Part shown: positions 17,554 through 25,882 of the stretch, piece after piece
Layout: the number at the start of each line of letters is the position of its first letter
Position numbering within the stretch: position 1 is the stretch's first letter
Virus record (IMG/VR): IMGVR_UViG_3300026484_000313
Span: 1-54,924 of that record
From: a virus
Lineage: Duplodnaviria > Caudoviricetes
Length of the DNA: 54,924 bases
Direction: 5' to 3' (one strand)
The notes under the pieces: generated by a model
The model's database searches: none
What the model saw: the letters and a program-made list of their open reading frames with translations, nothing else
Told to the model about the DNA's origin: nothing
Position numbers and translations under genes: made by a program

Positions 17554-20141
17554 ATAGAAATTATAGTTCAGAAAATTCAAAAATCAAGTCCCAAAGTGAA
17601 AATTTTGCAATCAGTTTAGATGATATTGCTAACATTGATTTATTTGATGGAGAAGAAATTAGCGAGTCATCAAGTTTAAATCAATATTATCTTTATGAAG
17701 AAGAACAAGAGCTTCATAAATACTCTTCTGAAAAACCATACTTCTATTATGACTATGTTCCTGGAGAAATTAAAGAACAAGTTAGCAACTATGAAAAACA
17801 AGTTGAGTTTTTATATGACAGAATTAGAAATGAGCCATTCGGGCTTGGATTTTTAAGAAGTAAAGTTAAATACAATAAAGAAACAGGAAAACCAACAAGA
17901 TTTTCTGTTAGAAAGCATTATAATATCAATCCTTTCTCAAAAGGAAATAAGCTTTCTAGACAGTTTAAAAGAACATTAGCTAAACTATATATCAAAAAAA
18001 CTCCTTTCAAAGAAGTTGTTCTTAAACTTAAAAAAGATGGGATTATTCCTGAAAACACACCATTTAGCTTAATTAAATCAAGATTTTATAAATTTGCAGA
18101 AAAGCTAACACATTCTACCTCTGATTTATATTATGGAATTGGTTATGTTAATCCAATGTATTTTGATAAAGATGCTCCTGAAACAAATGTAGGGTTAGGA
18201 GCGGTTTTGAAAAAGAATTCAACAATTTTAGAATACTTTATATTTTCAACAAATCCAAACAATTTTACAACTACATTTTTATACTCTGGAATTGTATCTG
18301 GAGATTGTTATGGTTATCCACCTAGATTTCCAGTGTATCCAAGAAATGCAGAGACAGCTTATATCCACAAGAAATCTTCTTATGTTATCTTTATTCTGGA
18401 TATAGATGTTTCAGATAAAACAAAAGATGGTAAAAAAGTTCTCAATCCTGAAAAACAAAAATTCGCAATTTCTTTCATTCATAAGCTAAAAGATATATTT
18501 AACAATGTATTTGTAAGATATTCAAGAAGCGGAGTTAATTATCATGTATTAATAATTGTTAAATTTGATGAACTTATTAACAATAAAACACTTTTTGTAA
18601 AGCAAATTTACAAACTAATGGAAGCTATGTCAGTTGTTGTAAATATTTTACCTTATGATAAAAATGTATTTGATTATGCAAGATTATTTTTTGGTTCTCC
18701 ATATCCATTTGTTCCTGTAAAATTCAAAGATGCTGAACCTGCAAGCACATTTGCACCAAAATTTGTAAAAGCAGTTGAGGAATTTGTAGAAGAATACAAA
18801 GACAAATTTGAAGAAGACTTATCCTCTTTAAAGAAAAAAATCAGAGAAGTTTATAGTTATATAATGAGCTCTGGAAATCAAAAAGAACTTGATAAAAGAG
18901 TTGAAAATGTAAAATATGAATACAAAATCAGAGATTTAGAAATCAAATCAATGAAGAGATTAAGTGCTAAAGATTTAGCATTAGAAAACCCAACAGAAAA
19001 AGATATAATTAATAGATTAAATAAATTTAAAAAAGCATTGTTGAGAAAGAAAGAGAAAATATCCTTCTTTAATGCATCTTTTGAAGCACTAAAATACATA
19101 GGTGCTGATGTTTATCTTTCAAAAAATGGAGATTATTACAAATTTAGAATATCTCCTAATGAAAACACTCCTTATGATGTTTATTTGTATTATGATGATG
19201 TTAGATACTTTTATTTACAATCAGAAAACTCTATCAGACATTTTCCAGAACACATTATTTATGTAAAACTTTCAAATGGTAAGACAACAATAGTTATTCC
19301 TTACTCTGAATATAAACACAATCTACACAAATATAACAAATATACATCTATTAGATATGTTATCCCTAACTTTTACTTTGATGTAATTCTTAAAACACTT
19401 ATTAAAAACTTTTATAATCTTGATGTTGAAGTAGATGTGTTAAAGTATATTGCATCTAGAATAAGCAGAAGATATTATGCAATTTTACAATCTTTAAAGG
19501 AAGAGCTTCTTATTAAGAAAGCTGAGCACGATGAAGGCAAAATAGATAATATTACAATTGATTTAAAGCGTTTCGGTGGAAAATCTGACAGATATTACTC
19601 AGGATTAACAGATTTAGTTAATTTAATCACTTCTTCTATATTCCCTGAAGAAATTTTAGGATTAAAAATAGCTTATTGTTCAAGAACAAGCTTTGTAGTT
19701 GAAGTTGTCTCTGATAAGGGATTTGAATTTTTATATAAAACACTAAGCTTTATGCAAATGCCATTACTTGTTAATTCTTATGTATTTGATGATGCAATTT
19801 TACAAATAAATGATAAACTTGATAATGAGATAATGAATTTTGCTTATAGAATTTATAGAAAATGGAAATTAGGAGCTGTAGCAACTTCTCTTGGATATAA
19901 TCCTAGATATTTACAACATATTTTTGATATTTTAGCTTCTGGATATTATAAAGCGAGTTTAGATGAATTGTCATATGATAAGTTATTCTTGTTATTTTTA
20001 GCAGGGAATAAATTGCAATATTGTTTTGATGAAGAGGTTAATAAAACTGGAATTGTAAAATCATTAGTTCAACTTTATAAGAGAATTTTTGGAAAAAATG
20101 TTTTTGAAGTTGAGTATGATGAATATAGACTTGTAGCTTAA
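17478..20141 (+). CDS. Large archaeo-eukaryotic primase (AEP/PrimPol)-like protein, putative replication initiator
   Basis: Motif I FILDIDV, motif II RYSRSGVNYHVL, motif III YDKNVFDYARL; next to repeats; no Walker A helicase domain seen. Confidence 0.72.
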   Translation: MMKGRAETTHTGANLQLNNSCDGLLNRNYSSENSKIKSQSENFAISLDDIANIDLFDGEEISESSSLNQYYLYEEEQELHKYSSEKPYFYYDYVPGEIKEQVSNYEKQVEFLYDRIRNEPFGLGFLRSKVKYNKETGKPTRFSVRKHYNINPFSKGNKLSRQFKRTLAKLYIKKTPFKEVVLKLKKDGIIPENTPFSLIKSRFYKFAEKLTHSTSDLYYGIGYVNPMYFDKDAPETNVGLGAVLKKNSTILEYFIFSTNPNNFTTTFLYSGIVSGDCYGYPPRFPVYPRNAETAYIHKKSSYVIFILDIDVSDKTKDGKKVLNPEKQKFAISFIHKLKDIFNNVFVRYSRSGVNYHVLIIVKFDELINNKTLFVKQIYKLMEAMSVVVNILPYDKNVFDYARLFFGSPYPFVPVKFKDAEPASTFAPKFVKAVEEFVEEYKDKFEEDLSSLKKKIREVYSYIMSSGNQKELDKRVENVKYEYKIRDLEIKSMKRLSAKDLALENPTEKDIINRLNKFKKALLRKKEKISFFNASFEALKYIGADVYLSKNGDYYKFRISPNENTPYDVYLYYDDVRYFYLQSENSIRHFPEHIIYVKLSNGKTTIVIPYSEYKHNLHKYNKYTSIRYVIPNFYFDVILKTLIKNFYNLDVEVDVLKYIASRISRRYYAILQSLKEELLIKKAEHDEGKIDNITIDLKRFGGKSDRYYSGLTDLVNLITSSIFPEEILGLKIAYCSRTSFVVEVVSDKGFEFLYKTLSFMQMPLLVNSYVFDDAILQINDKLDNEIMNFAYRIYRKWKLGAVATSLGYNPRYLQHIFDILASGYYKASLDELSYDKLFLLFLAGNKLQYCFDEEVNKTGIVKSLVQLYKRIFGKNVFEVEYDEYRLVA

Positions 20142-20154
20142 TTTGTGTTATAAT
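20126..20154 (+). promoter_or_regulatory. Sigma70 promoter (extended -10) upstream of HTH/nrdAB
   Basis: TAGACT-17 bp-TGtTATAAT; same TGTGTTATAAT as the 17046-17056 promoter. Confidence 0.7.
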
Positions 20155-20187
20155 ATACCTATACAGATTATAAAGGAGGTGTAGGAG

Positions 20188-20640
20188 ATGTATATTTTTA
20201 ATTTAGATCCTAAAGAACTTAGAAGCTTTTTTAGATCAGCTATTTTAAAAAAATATGATACACTATATAATGCATCTGTTGAGTTTGGAAAAGATGCTTC
20301 ATATTTTTACACAGCTTTAAATAAAAGAAGACCGAGACTATTTTTAGTTAAGCAAATTAAAGAATATGCAGATTTTTTAGGATATGATGTATTTATTTTA
20401 TTTGTTCCAAAAAATAAAAGTGAGAGATTTAAAAAAATAGCAGATAAATTAGTTAAAAAGTTCAACTCTAGATTAGAATGGCAAGAAAAAGATACTAATA
20501 TTTCAAATAAACAAGAAGCTCAAAATTCTTCCTCTGAGCAAAATTTATCAATGGCAAAAGAGTTAATACAAGCAATATATAGCAAAGCTAAAAGATTAAA
20601 TGAAGAACAACAACAAAAGAATGTTAATGTAAAAGCATAA
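20188..20640 (+). CDS. Putative XRE-like HTH DNA-binding protein
   Basis: TLYNASVEFGKDASYFYTALN HTH-like, followed by IKEYADFLGYDVFILFVP as in XRE domains. Confidence 0.55.
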   Translation: MYIFNLDPKELRSFFRSAILKKYDTLYNASVEFGKDASYFYTALNKRRPRLFLVKQIKEYADFLGYDVFILFVPKNKSERFKKIADKLVKKFNSRLEWQEKDTNISNKQEAQNSSSEQNLSMAKELIQAIYSKAKRLNEEQQQKNVNVKA

Positions 20641-20655
20641 TAAAAGGAGGGAGAA

Positions 20656-23088
20656 ATGACAGGTATTGAAGTTGTAAAAAGAGATGGAAGAAGAGAACTT
20701 TTTAATCAAAATAAAATAATTAAAATGTTCAATTTCTGTAAAGAAGGATTAAATATTGATGAAAAGAAATTCTGGGAAGAATTCCAATTCAATCTTAAAA
20801 ATGGTATAACTACACGAGAAATTCAACAAGTGTTAATCTCTGTAGCAAATAAATTATCAGCTTTGGATATATCTAGAATTAAAGATTATTCAATTTTAGC
20901 AGGAAGATTGTTTTTATTAGATTGGATAAAAGATTTTAGACTACATAGAGAAAATGAATATAAAACAATGACTGATGATTATGGATTTTTTAGAAATGCA
21001 AATGATTGGATAAGACATATACAGAAATATGTAAAGTTAGGAATTTATGATAAAAGATTATTAAAGATATCAAATGATGTTTTAAGAAAGTTATATACTT
21101 GGTTGAAAAAAGAGCAGTTTAATTATGATTATAACTTTCCTTATTTTCTTTGGAATGCTTTTTACTATCAAATTAGGAAATTTGCAAAATCTTATATCAC
21201 AGTTTATAACAACAAACCTATTGAGAATTTTGCAGAAGCACTTTTATTGATTAGCATTTTAGGATTTTATCCCGATTATTTTGAAGATAAAAGTAGGTTT
21301 ATGGAGAATGTAAAGAAATTTTGTAAATATTTAATGGATATGGTAGTTATTCCTGCAACTCCTCAGCTTGCAAATCTTAGAAGGGAAAAAGGCAATCTTT
21401 CTTCTTGTAATATTCTTGATATTCACGATAATTTGGAAAGTATAATGTATTCTTATTGGCAAATTGGAAACATTTCTAAAAACGGTGGCGGATTAGGGAT
21501 TTATTTGGGAAGAATAAGGGCACAAGGTAGCTATTTTCAAGGAAACAAAGGTAAAGCTAACAATATAATGCAATGGTGTAAGATATTAGATGATATGTTA
21601 GTAGCTATTAATCAAGGTGGGCGTCGTTCTGGTGCAGGAACAGTAGCTTTACCTGTATGGCATCTTGATATTTTAGATTTTATTTCAATGAGAAACCCTC
21701 TTGGTGAAATTCGTATGAAAATGTTCAATTTATATCCTCAAGTAATTATTCCTGATTTATTTATGAAGAGATTGAAATCTGATGGTGATTGGACATTAGT
21801 GGATCATTATGAACTTAAAATGAAATATAATATTGATTTAATTGATTGTGTTGGCGAAGAATTTGAGCAAAGATATGTAGAAGCAGAGAAATTGGTTAAG
21901 CAAGGTAAGGTGAGAGGGAGAGTTTATAAAGCAAGAGAGATATTTAGACAAATTATAAAAAATATTTTAGCATCTGGAATGCCTTATATATTCTTTGAAG
22001 ATAATGTAAATAAAAATTCTAATTATTTACAAAAGATACTTTGTGGAAATTTATGCCAAGAAAATTATTCACCTTTTGAAAATACAAATCCTGAAAGATA
22101 TAAACCTAATGAAAAAATAGATAAACTTGGGTATGTTCATTCTTGCAACTTATTATCATTAAATCTTCCTGCGTTATACGAAAAAGGGATATTGTTTGAT
22201 AATTCAAAATTGGAAGAGCTTTTAACTTTAGTTGTTAGATATATGGATAATATTTTGGATATAGCAGGACACCCAATTGATGAGATTAAAAGACATAACA
22301 AAGATTATAGAACTTTAGGTATTGGGTTTATAGGTTTAGCTGATTTAATGGTAAAGTATTCTTTGGATAACCAAAAATTATTAGTATATAGAATTACAAA
22401 TAGAAATATTGATAAAGAAGAGCTTTTTGTTTTTATTAAAAAAGTATTTGGTAGAATAGCATTTTATAGTATAAAAGCATCTGTTGATTTGGCAAAAGAA
22501 AGAGGAAGTGCTAAGATGTATGATAAAACGAAATGGAAAGAAGGTGTAGTTTTAGGAAGATTTTATCTAGGAGATGATTTAGACACTGTTTTTGAAGTTG
22601 ATGAAAAGCAAATTTTAGAGTTAAAGCATAATTTAGAAAAGTATGGTATTAGAAATACAATGCTTTTAAATTGCCCGCCTAACACTTCAACATCGTTATA
22701 TGCAGGGACAACAGCTTCTATTTTCCCTCCATTCAATTTAATCCAAACTGAAAAGCAATCTTCAGGAATTTATGTGGTATTTCCAAGGTATGTTCAAGAA
22801 GCACAGTTTTATTATGATGAATATTCAAAATTTACAGAACAAGATTTGTATGATATGATAGAAATTGTGTCTTTTATTCAGCAATATATAGATAGCGGTA
22901 TATCTTTTGATTACCCAATTAACATTCGTGATGGATATATTAGTCAAGAAGATGCACCAAGAGTTTTAGGACAATTTATTTACAATGCTTGGAAGAAAGG
23001 TATTAAAGCATTGTATTATGCAAGAATAGTTGCAAAGGATTATTCATCTATGAAAGATGAAAGCACTTGTGTTAATTGTGCTAATTAA
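20656..23088 (+). CDS. nrdA: Class I ribonucleotide reductase alpha subunit with ATP cone
   Basis: VVKRDG, PATP, SSC, GGGLG, NQGGRRSGA, GNLCQE, PPNTSTS, KALYY, C-terminal CVNC. Confidence 0.96.
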   Translation: MTGIEVVKRDGRRELFNQNKIIKMFNFCKEGLNIDEKKFWEEFQFNLKNGITTREIQQVLISVANKLSALDISRIKDYSILAGRLFLLDWIKDFRLHRENEYKTMTDDYGFFRNANDWIRHIQKYVKLGIYDKRLLKISNDVLRKLYTWLKKEQFNYDYNFPYFLWNAFYYQIRKFAKSYITVYNNKPIENFAEALLLISILGFYPDYFEDKSRFMENVKKFCKYLMDMVVIPATPQLANLRREKGNLSSCNILDIHDNLESIMYSYWQIGNISKNGGGLGIYLGRIRAQGSYFQGNKGKANNIMQWCKILDDMLVAINQGGRRSGAGTVALPVWHLDILDFISMRNPLGEIRMKMFNLYPQVIIPDLFMKRLKSDGDWTLVDHYELKMKYNIDLIDCVGEEFEQRYVEAEKLVKQGKVRGRVYKAREIFRQIIKNILASGMPYIFFEDNVNKNSNYLQKILCGNLCQENYSPFENTNPERYKPNEKIDKLGYVHSCNLLSLNLPALYEKGILFDNSKLEELLTLVVRYMDNILDIAGHPIDEIKRHNKDYRTLGIGFIGLADLMVKYSLDNQKLLVYRITNRNIDKEELFVFIKKVFGRIAFYSIKASVDLAKERGSAKMYDKTKWKEGVVLGRFYLGDDLDTVFEVDEKQILELKHNLEKYGIRNTMLLNCPPNTSTSLYAGTTASIFPPFNLIQTEKQSSGIYVVFPRYVQEAQFYYDEYSKFTEQDLYDMIEIVSFIQQYIDSGISFDYPINIRDGYISQEDAPRVLGQFIYNAWKKGIKALYYARIVAKDYSSMKDESTCVNCAN

Positions 23089-23116
23089 TTTTTAATAAAA
23101 TAAAAGGAGGTGTGAA

Positions 23117-24220
23117 ATGGTAAGTAAATCTCCCAAAATCTTCAATCCTTCTGGAGATGATAATTTTAAAGATTTAATTTGGAATGATAATGTTGTAGAA
23201 AAATATTCAGGATTAGCAAATTTAAATTTAAATAAACATTCTTATGCAATTGAGTGGATTAAAGGCAGTATGGCAATTTTATGGCGTCCTGAAGAGATTT
23301 CTATGTCAGATGATAAAAAACAATTTCCAGATTTAGATAAGGATATACAAGATACTTTTGAGTATATTATTTCGTTTCTTATCCTTCTTGATAGCATTGT
23401 TCCAAACAACACTTCAACTTTAATTAGAGTATTTTGTGATGAGGAGATAAAAACAGCATTGTATTGGCATACTGCTATTGAGGCATTACATAGGGAAAGT
23501 TATCAATATATTTTAAAATCAGTTTTTGGTGAAGATGACAAGAAAATAAATGAAGTTTATTATAAGTTTAAACATTATGAACCTCTTATGAAAAGAAATT
23601 TGGCTATCACAAAGGATTTTAATGTGTTAAATGAACTTGTTAATAAAGGAATTGTTTCTGATGATATTAAATCATTATCTTATCGTCAAGAAACATTTCA
23701 AAGAGCTATATTCCGAGCAATGATTACTGATTTTATAATAGAAGCAATTGTGTTTTTTATGGGATTTAATACTTTTCATGTTTTTGCATATAAGCTAGGT
23801 GTTTTACAAGGTTCAAATCAACAAATTCAACAGATTAGATTTGATGAGGAAAGACATGTTCCTTTATTTGCATATATCTTAAAGGAATGGAGAGATAGAG
23901 GATATTATTATAATGAAGAAGAGATAAAAGAGATGGTTGGAAATAGTGTAGAAACAGATATTTACTTTTATACAAATGCTATAGCTAATTCAATACCTTT
24001 AATGACTGAACAAAACATTAAAGATTATATAAAAACATTAGCTAATAGAAGATTAGAGTTGTTAGGTATTTCCCCAATATTTAATGTAAATAGAAATCCT
24101 TTTGAAGACATTGAGAAATTGTTAAAACAAGATAAGACATCTTTCTTTGAGACAGGAGCTATAGATTACGCACATATTCCTGTATCAGAGGAGCATATTA
24201 ATAAAATCAATTTTGATTAA
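23117..24220 (+). CDS. nrdB: Class I ribonucleotide reductase beta subunit
   Basis: WRPEEI, LDS, EALHRESY (radical Tyr), EAIVFFMGF, DEERH, FFE..DY. Confidence 0.94.
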   Translation: MVSKSPKIFNPSGDDNFKDLIWNDNVVEKYSGLANLNLNKHSYAIEWIKGSMAILWRPEEISMSDDKKQFPDLDKDIQDTFEYIISFLILLDSIVPNNTSTLIRVFCDEEIKTALYWHTAIEALHRESYQYILKSVFGEDDKKINEVYYKFKHYEPLMKRNLAITKDFNVLNELVNKGIVSDDIKSLSYRQETFQRAIFRAMITDFIIEAIVFFMGFNTFHVFAYKLGVLQGSNQQIQQIRFDEERHVPLFAYILKEWRDRGYYYNEEEIKEMVGNSVETDIYFYTNAIANSIPLMTEQNIKDYIKTLANRRLELLGISPIFNVNRNPFEDIEKLLKQDKTSFFETGAIDYAHIPVSEEHINKINFD

Positions 24221-24226
24221 GCATAT

Positions 24227-24255
24227 TTGACAGATTTTTAATTTTATGTTATCAT
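24227..24255 (+). promoter_or_regulatory. Sigma70 promoter
   Basis: TTGACA-17 bp-TGtTATCAT. Confidence 0.8.
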
Positions 24256-24290
24256 ATAGTTAGATAAAAATTAAAAAAGGAGGGAGAAAG

Positions 24291-24848
24291 ATGAAAACAG
24301 TATTTCCTGAATTACATGAAACCATCTGTGTAGGGATTTTACAAGATGAGCTTAAGTATTTTGAACCTCATTTCAATTTATTTAACAAATTCAAAATCAA
24401 TTATGTGATGTTATCAATTAACAATATAATTGCAGATATTCTCATTTTCTCTGGATTATACCCAGACAATTCTTATAGAGATAATTTTGTTTCTGCAATT
24501 CAGTCTGCATTAGCATTTTATAAGATAGATATAACAAAAGATGAAGTAGAGCGTTTGTTAGATAAACAAAATAGATTTGAGGAATTTGTTAAGTATTTAA
24601 GAAAAAAGTTTGGCGAGAAGTTATACAACATTGTTGAAAAGCAAATTTTCGCATTAAAACCTTTTGTTGATTTAATTATTATTTACGATTTGGAAAATGA
24701 AGATGAATTTAAGAAACTTAACTTGAATTATTTACTTACAACAAAAAGAGATGCTTTTAAAACTTATTACATATGTGAGCATAATCCAGAAGATAGTATT
24801 AGATGGTTAATTCAAGATATAGTTGATCCTCTTGAATTCGGAATTTAA
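24291..24848 (+). CDS. Hypothetical protein, possibly a degenerate dNMP-kinase fold lacking the P-loop
   Basis: YLRKKFGEK and LIIIYDLENEDEF resemble the dNMP kinase C-half; no GKS/T. Confidence 0.5.
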   Translation: MKTVFPELHETICVGILQDELKYFEPHFNLFNKFKINYVMLSINNIIADILIFSGLYPDNSYRDNFVSAIQSALAFYKIDITKDEVERLLDKQNRFEEFVKYLRKKFGEKLYNIVEKQIFALKPFVDLIIIYDLENEDEFKKLNLNYLLTTKRDAFKTYYICEHNPEDSIRWLIQDIVDPLEFGI

Positions 24849-24862
24849 TGTAGGAGGTGATT

Positions 24863-25861
24863 ATGAAGGGATTGTTATTTTCTGATATACATTTCAAGTT
24901 AAACTCTTCTTGCCAGCCACTTAACAGAATAGTGGCTGGCACTTCTATTACTTTAGAACTTAAAAGAGCAATTGATAGTGTTGATTTTATGAAAGAACTT
25001 GTAAAAAAATATGCAAGGGAATTAGATTTTGTAGCTTTTTTAGGAGATTTATTTCATTCTTTAAATAAGAATTACAATATAATTTTTTATTATGCATTTC
25101 AAAAAATGCAAGAATTGTATCAATTATGCAGAGATTGTGGATTGAATTTTGTAGTTGTGGCAGGTAATCATGATTATGTCAGTGAAAACAAATTTCTTAC
25201 CGATTTATTGCCTAATGATAATTTGAAACTTGAAAAACAAGGTATTAAAGTTGTAAATTATACTCAAGAATTCTCACCTGAATTTTATAAGTTGCAAGCA
25301 GATTATATTTTAACTCATAATGAATTTAAAAATTTGAAATTTAATAAACAAATAGTATCAAAGGAAGGCTACTCATCTAAATTAATTAAACAAGTTAAGT
25401 ATAGTATATTAAATGGGCATTATCATATGCATCAGAAATTTCAAAATATAATATGTGTAGGTTCTGTGTATCCACAAATTCCTTCAGAGCAATCTGATTT
25501 TCACGGAGCAATAATTTTTGATTTTGATAAAAATGAGATTTATAAGAAAATACAAAATGATAAAGTTTTTTGGTTTAAGGAGTTAAGACAAGAAGATTAT
25601 GATATAATAGATTACAAAGATAGATATATTCTCATTCTGCATTTTAATCCATCAAGGGATTATATTGAATTTCTGCAGGAGGAAGGTATTTTGTATCAAA
25701 TCAGTCCTAAGATACAAAGATTTACACAAGCTAAGCGAAACAAGCAAGATGATGTTGAATATATTATTGAGAATAATTCTGATACTCGTCAATTTATTGA
25801 GCTTCTTAAAAATCAATATCCTAAATTTAGCACACTTTTTGATAAGTATTTAAATATATAA
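24863..25861 (+). CDS. sbcD: SbcD/Mre11 (T4 gp47-like) nuclease
   Basis: SDIH, LGDLFH, GNHD, THN, NGHYH, VGS; adjacent to SbcC. Confidence 0.9.
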   Translation: MKGLLFSDIHFKLNSSCQPLNRIVAGTSITLELKRAIDSVDFMKELVKKYARELDFVAFLGDLFHSLNKNYNIIFYYAFQKMQELYQLCRDCGLNFVVVAGNHDYVSENKFLTDLLPNDNLKLEKQGIKVVNYTQEFSPEFYKLQADYILTHNEFKNLKFNKQIVSKEGYSSKLIKQVKYSILNGHYHMHQKFQNIICVGSVYPQIPSEQSDFHGAIIFDFDKNEIYKKIQNDKVFWFKELRQEDYDIIDYKDRYILILHFNPSRDYIEFLQEEGILYQISPKIQRFTQAKRNKQDDVEYIIENNSDTRQFIELLKNQYPKFSTLFDKYLNI

Positions 25862-25882
25862 AACACAAAAGGAGGGAGTTTG

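Noticed and set aside
23117-24220. Metal-free (class Ie) or Tyr-less (class Ic) RNR beta
   Set aside because: All carboxylate and His ligands and the radical Tyr appear present, so it looks like a conventional class I beta.
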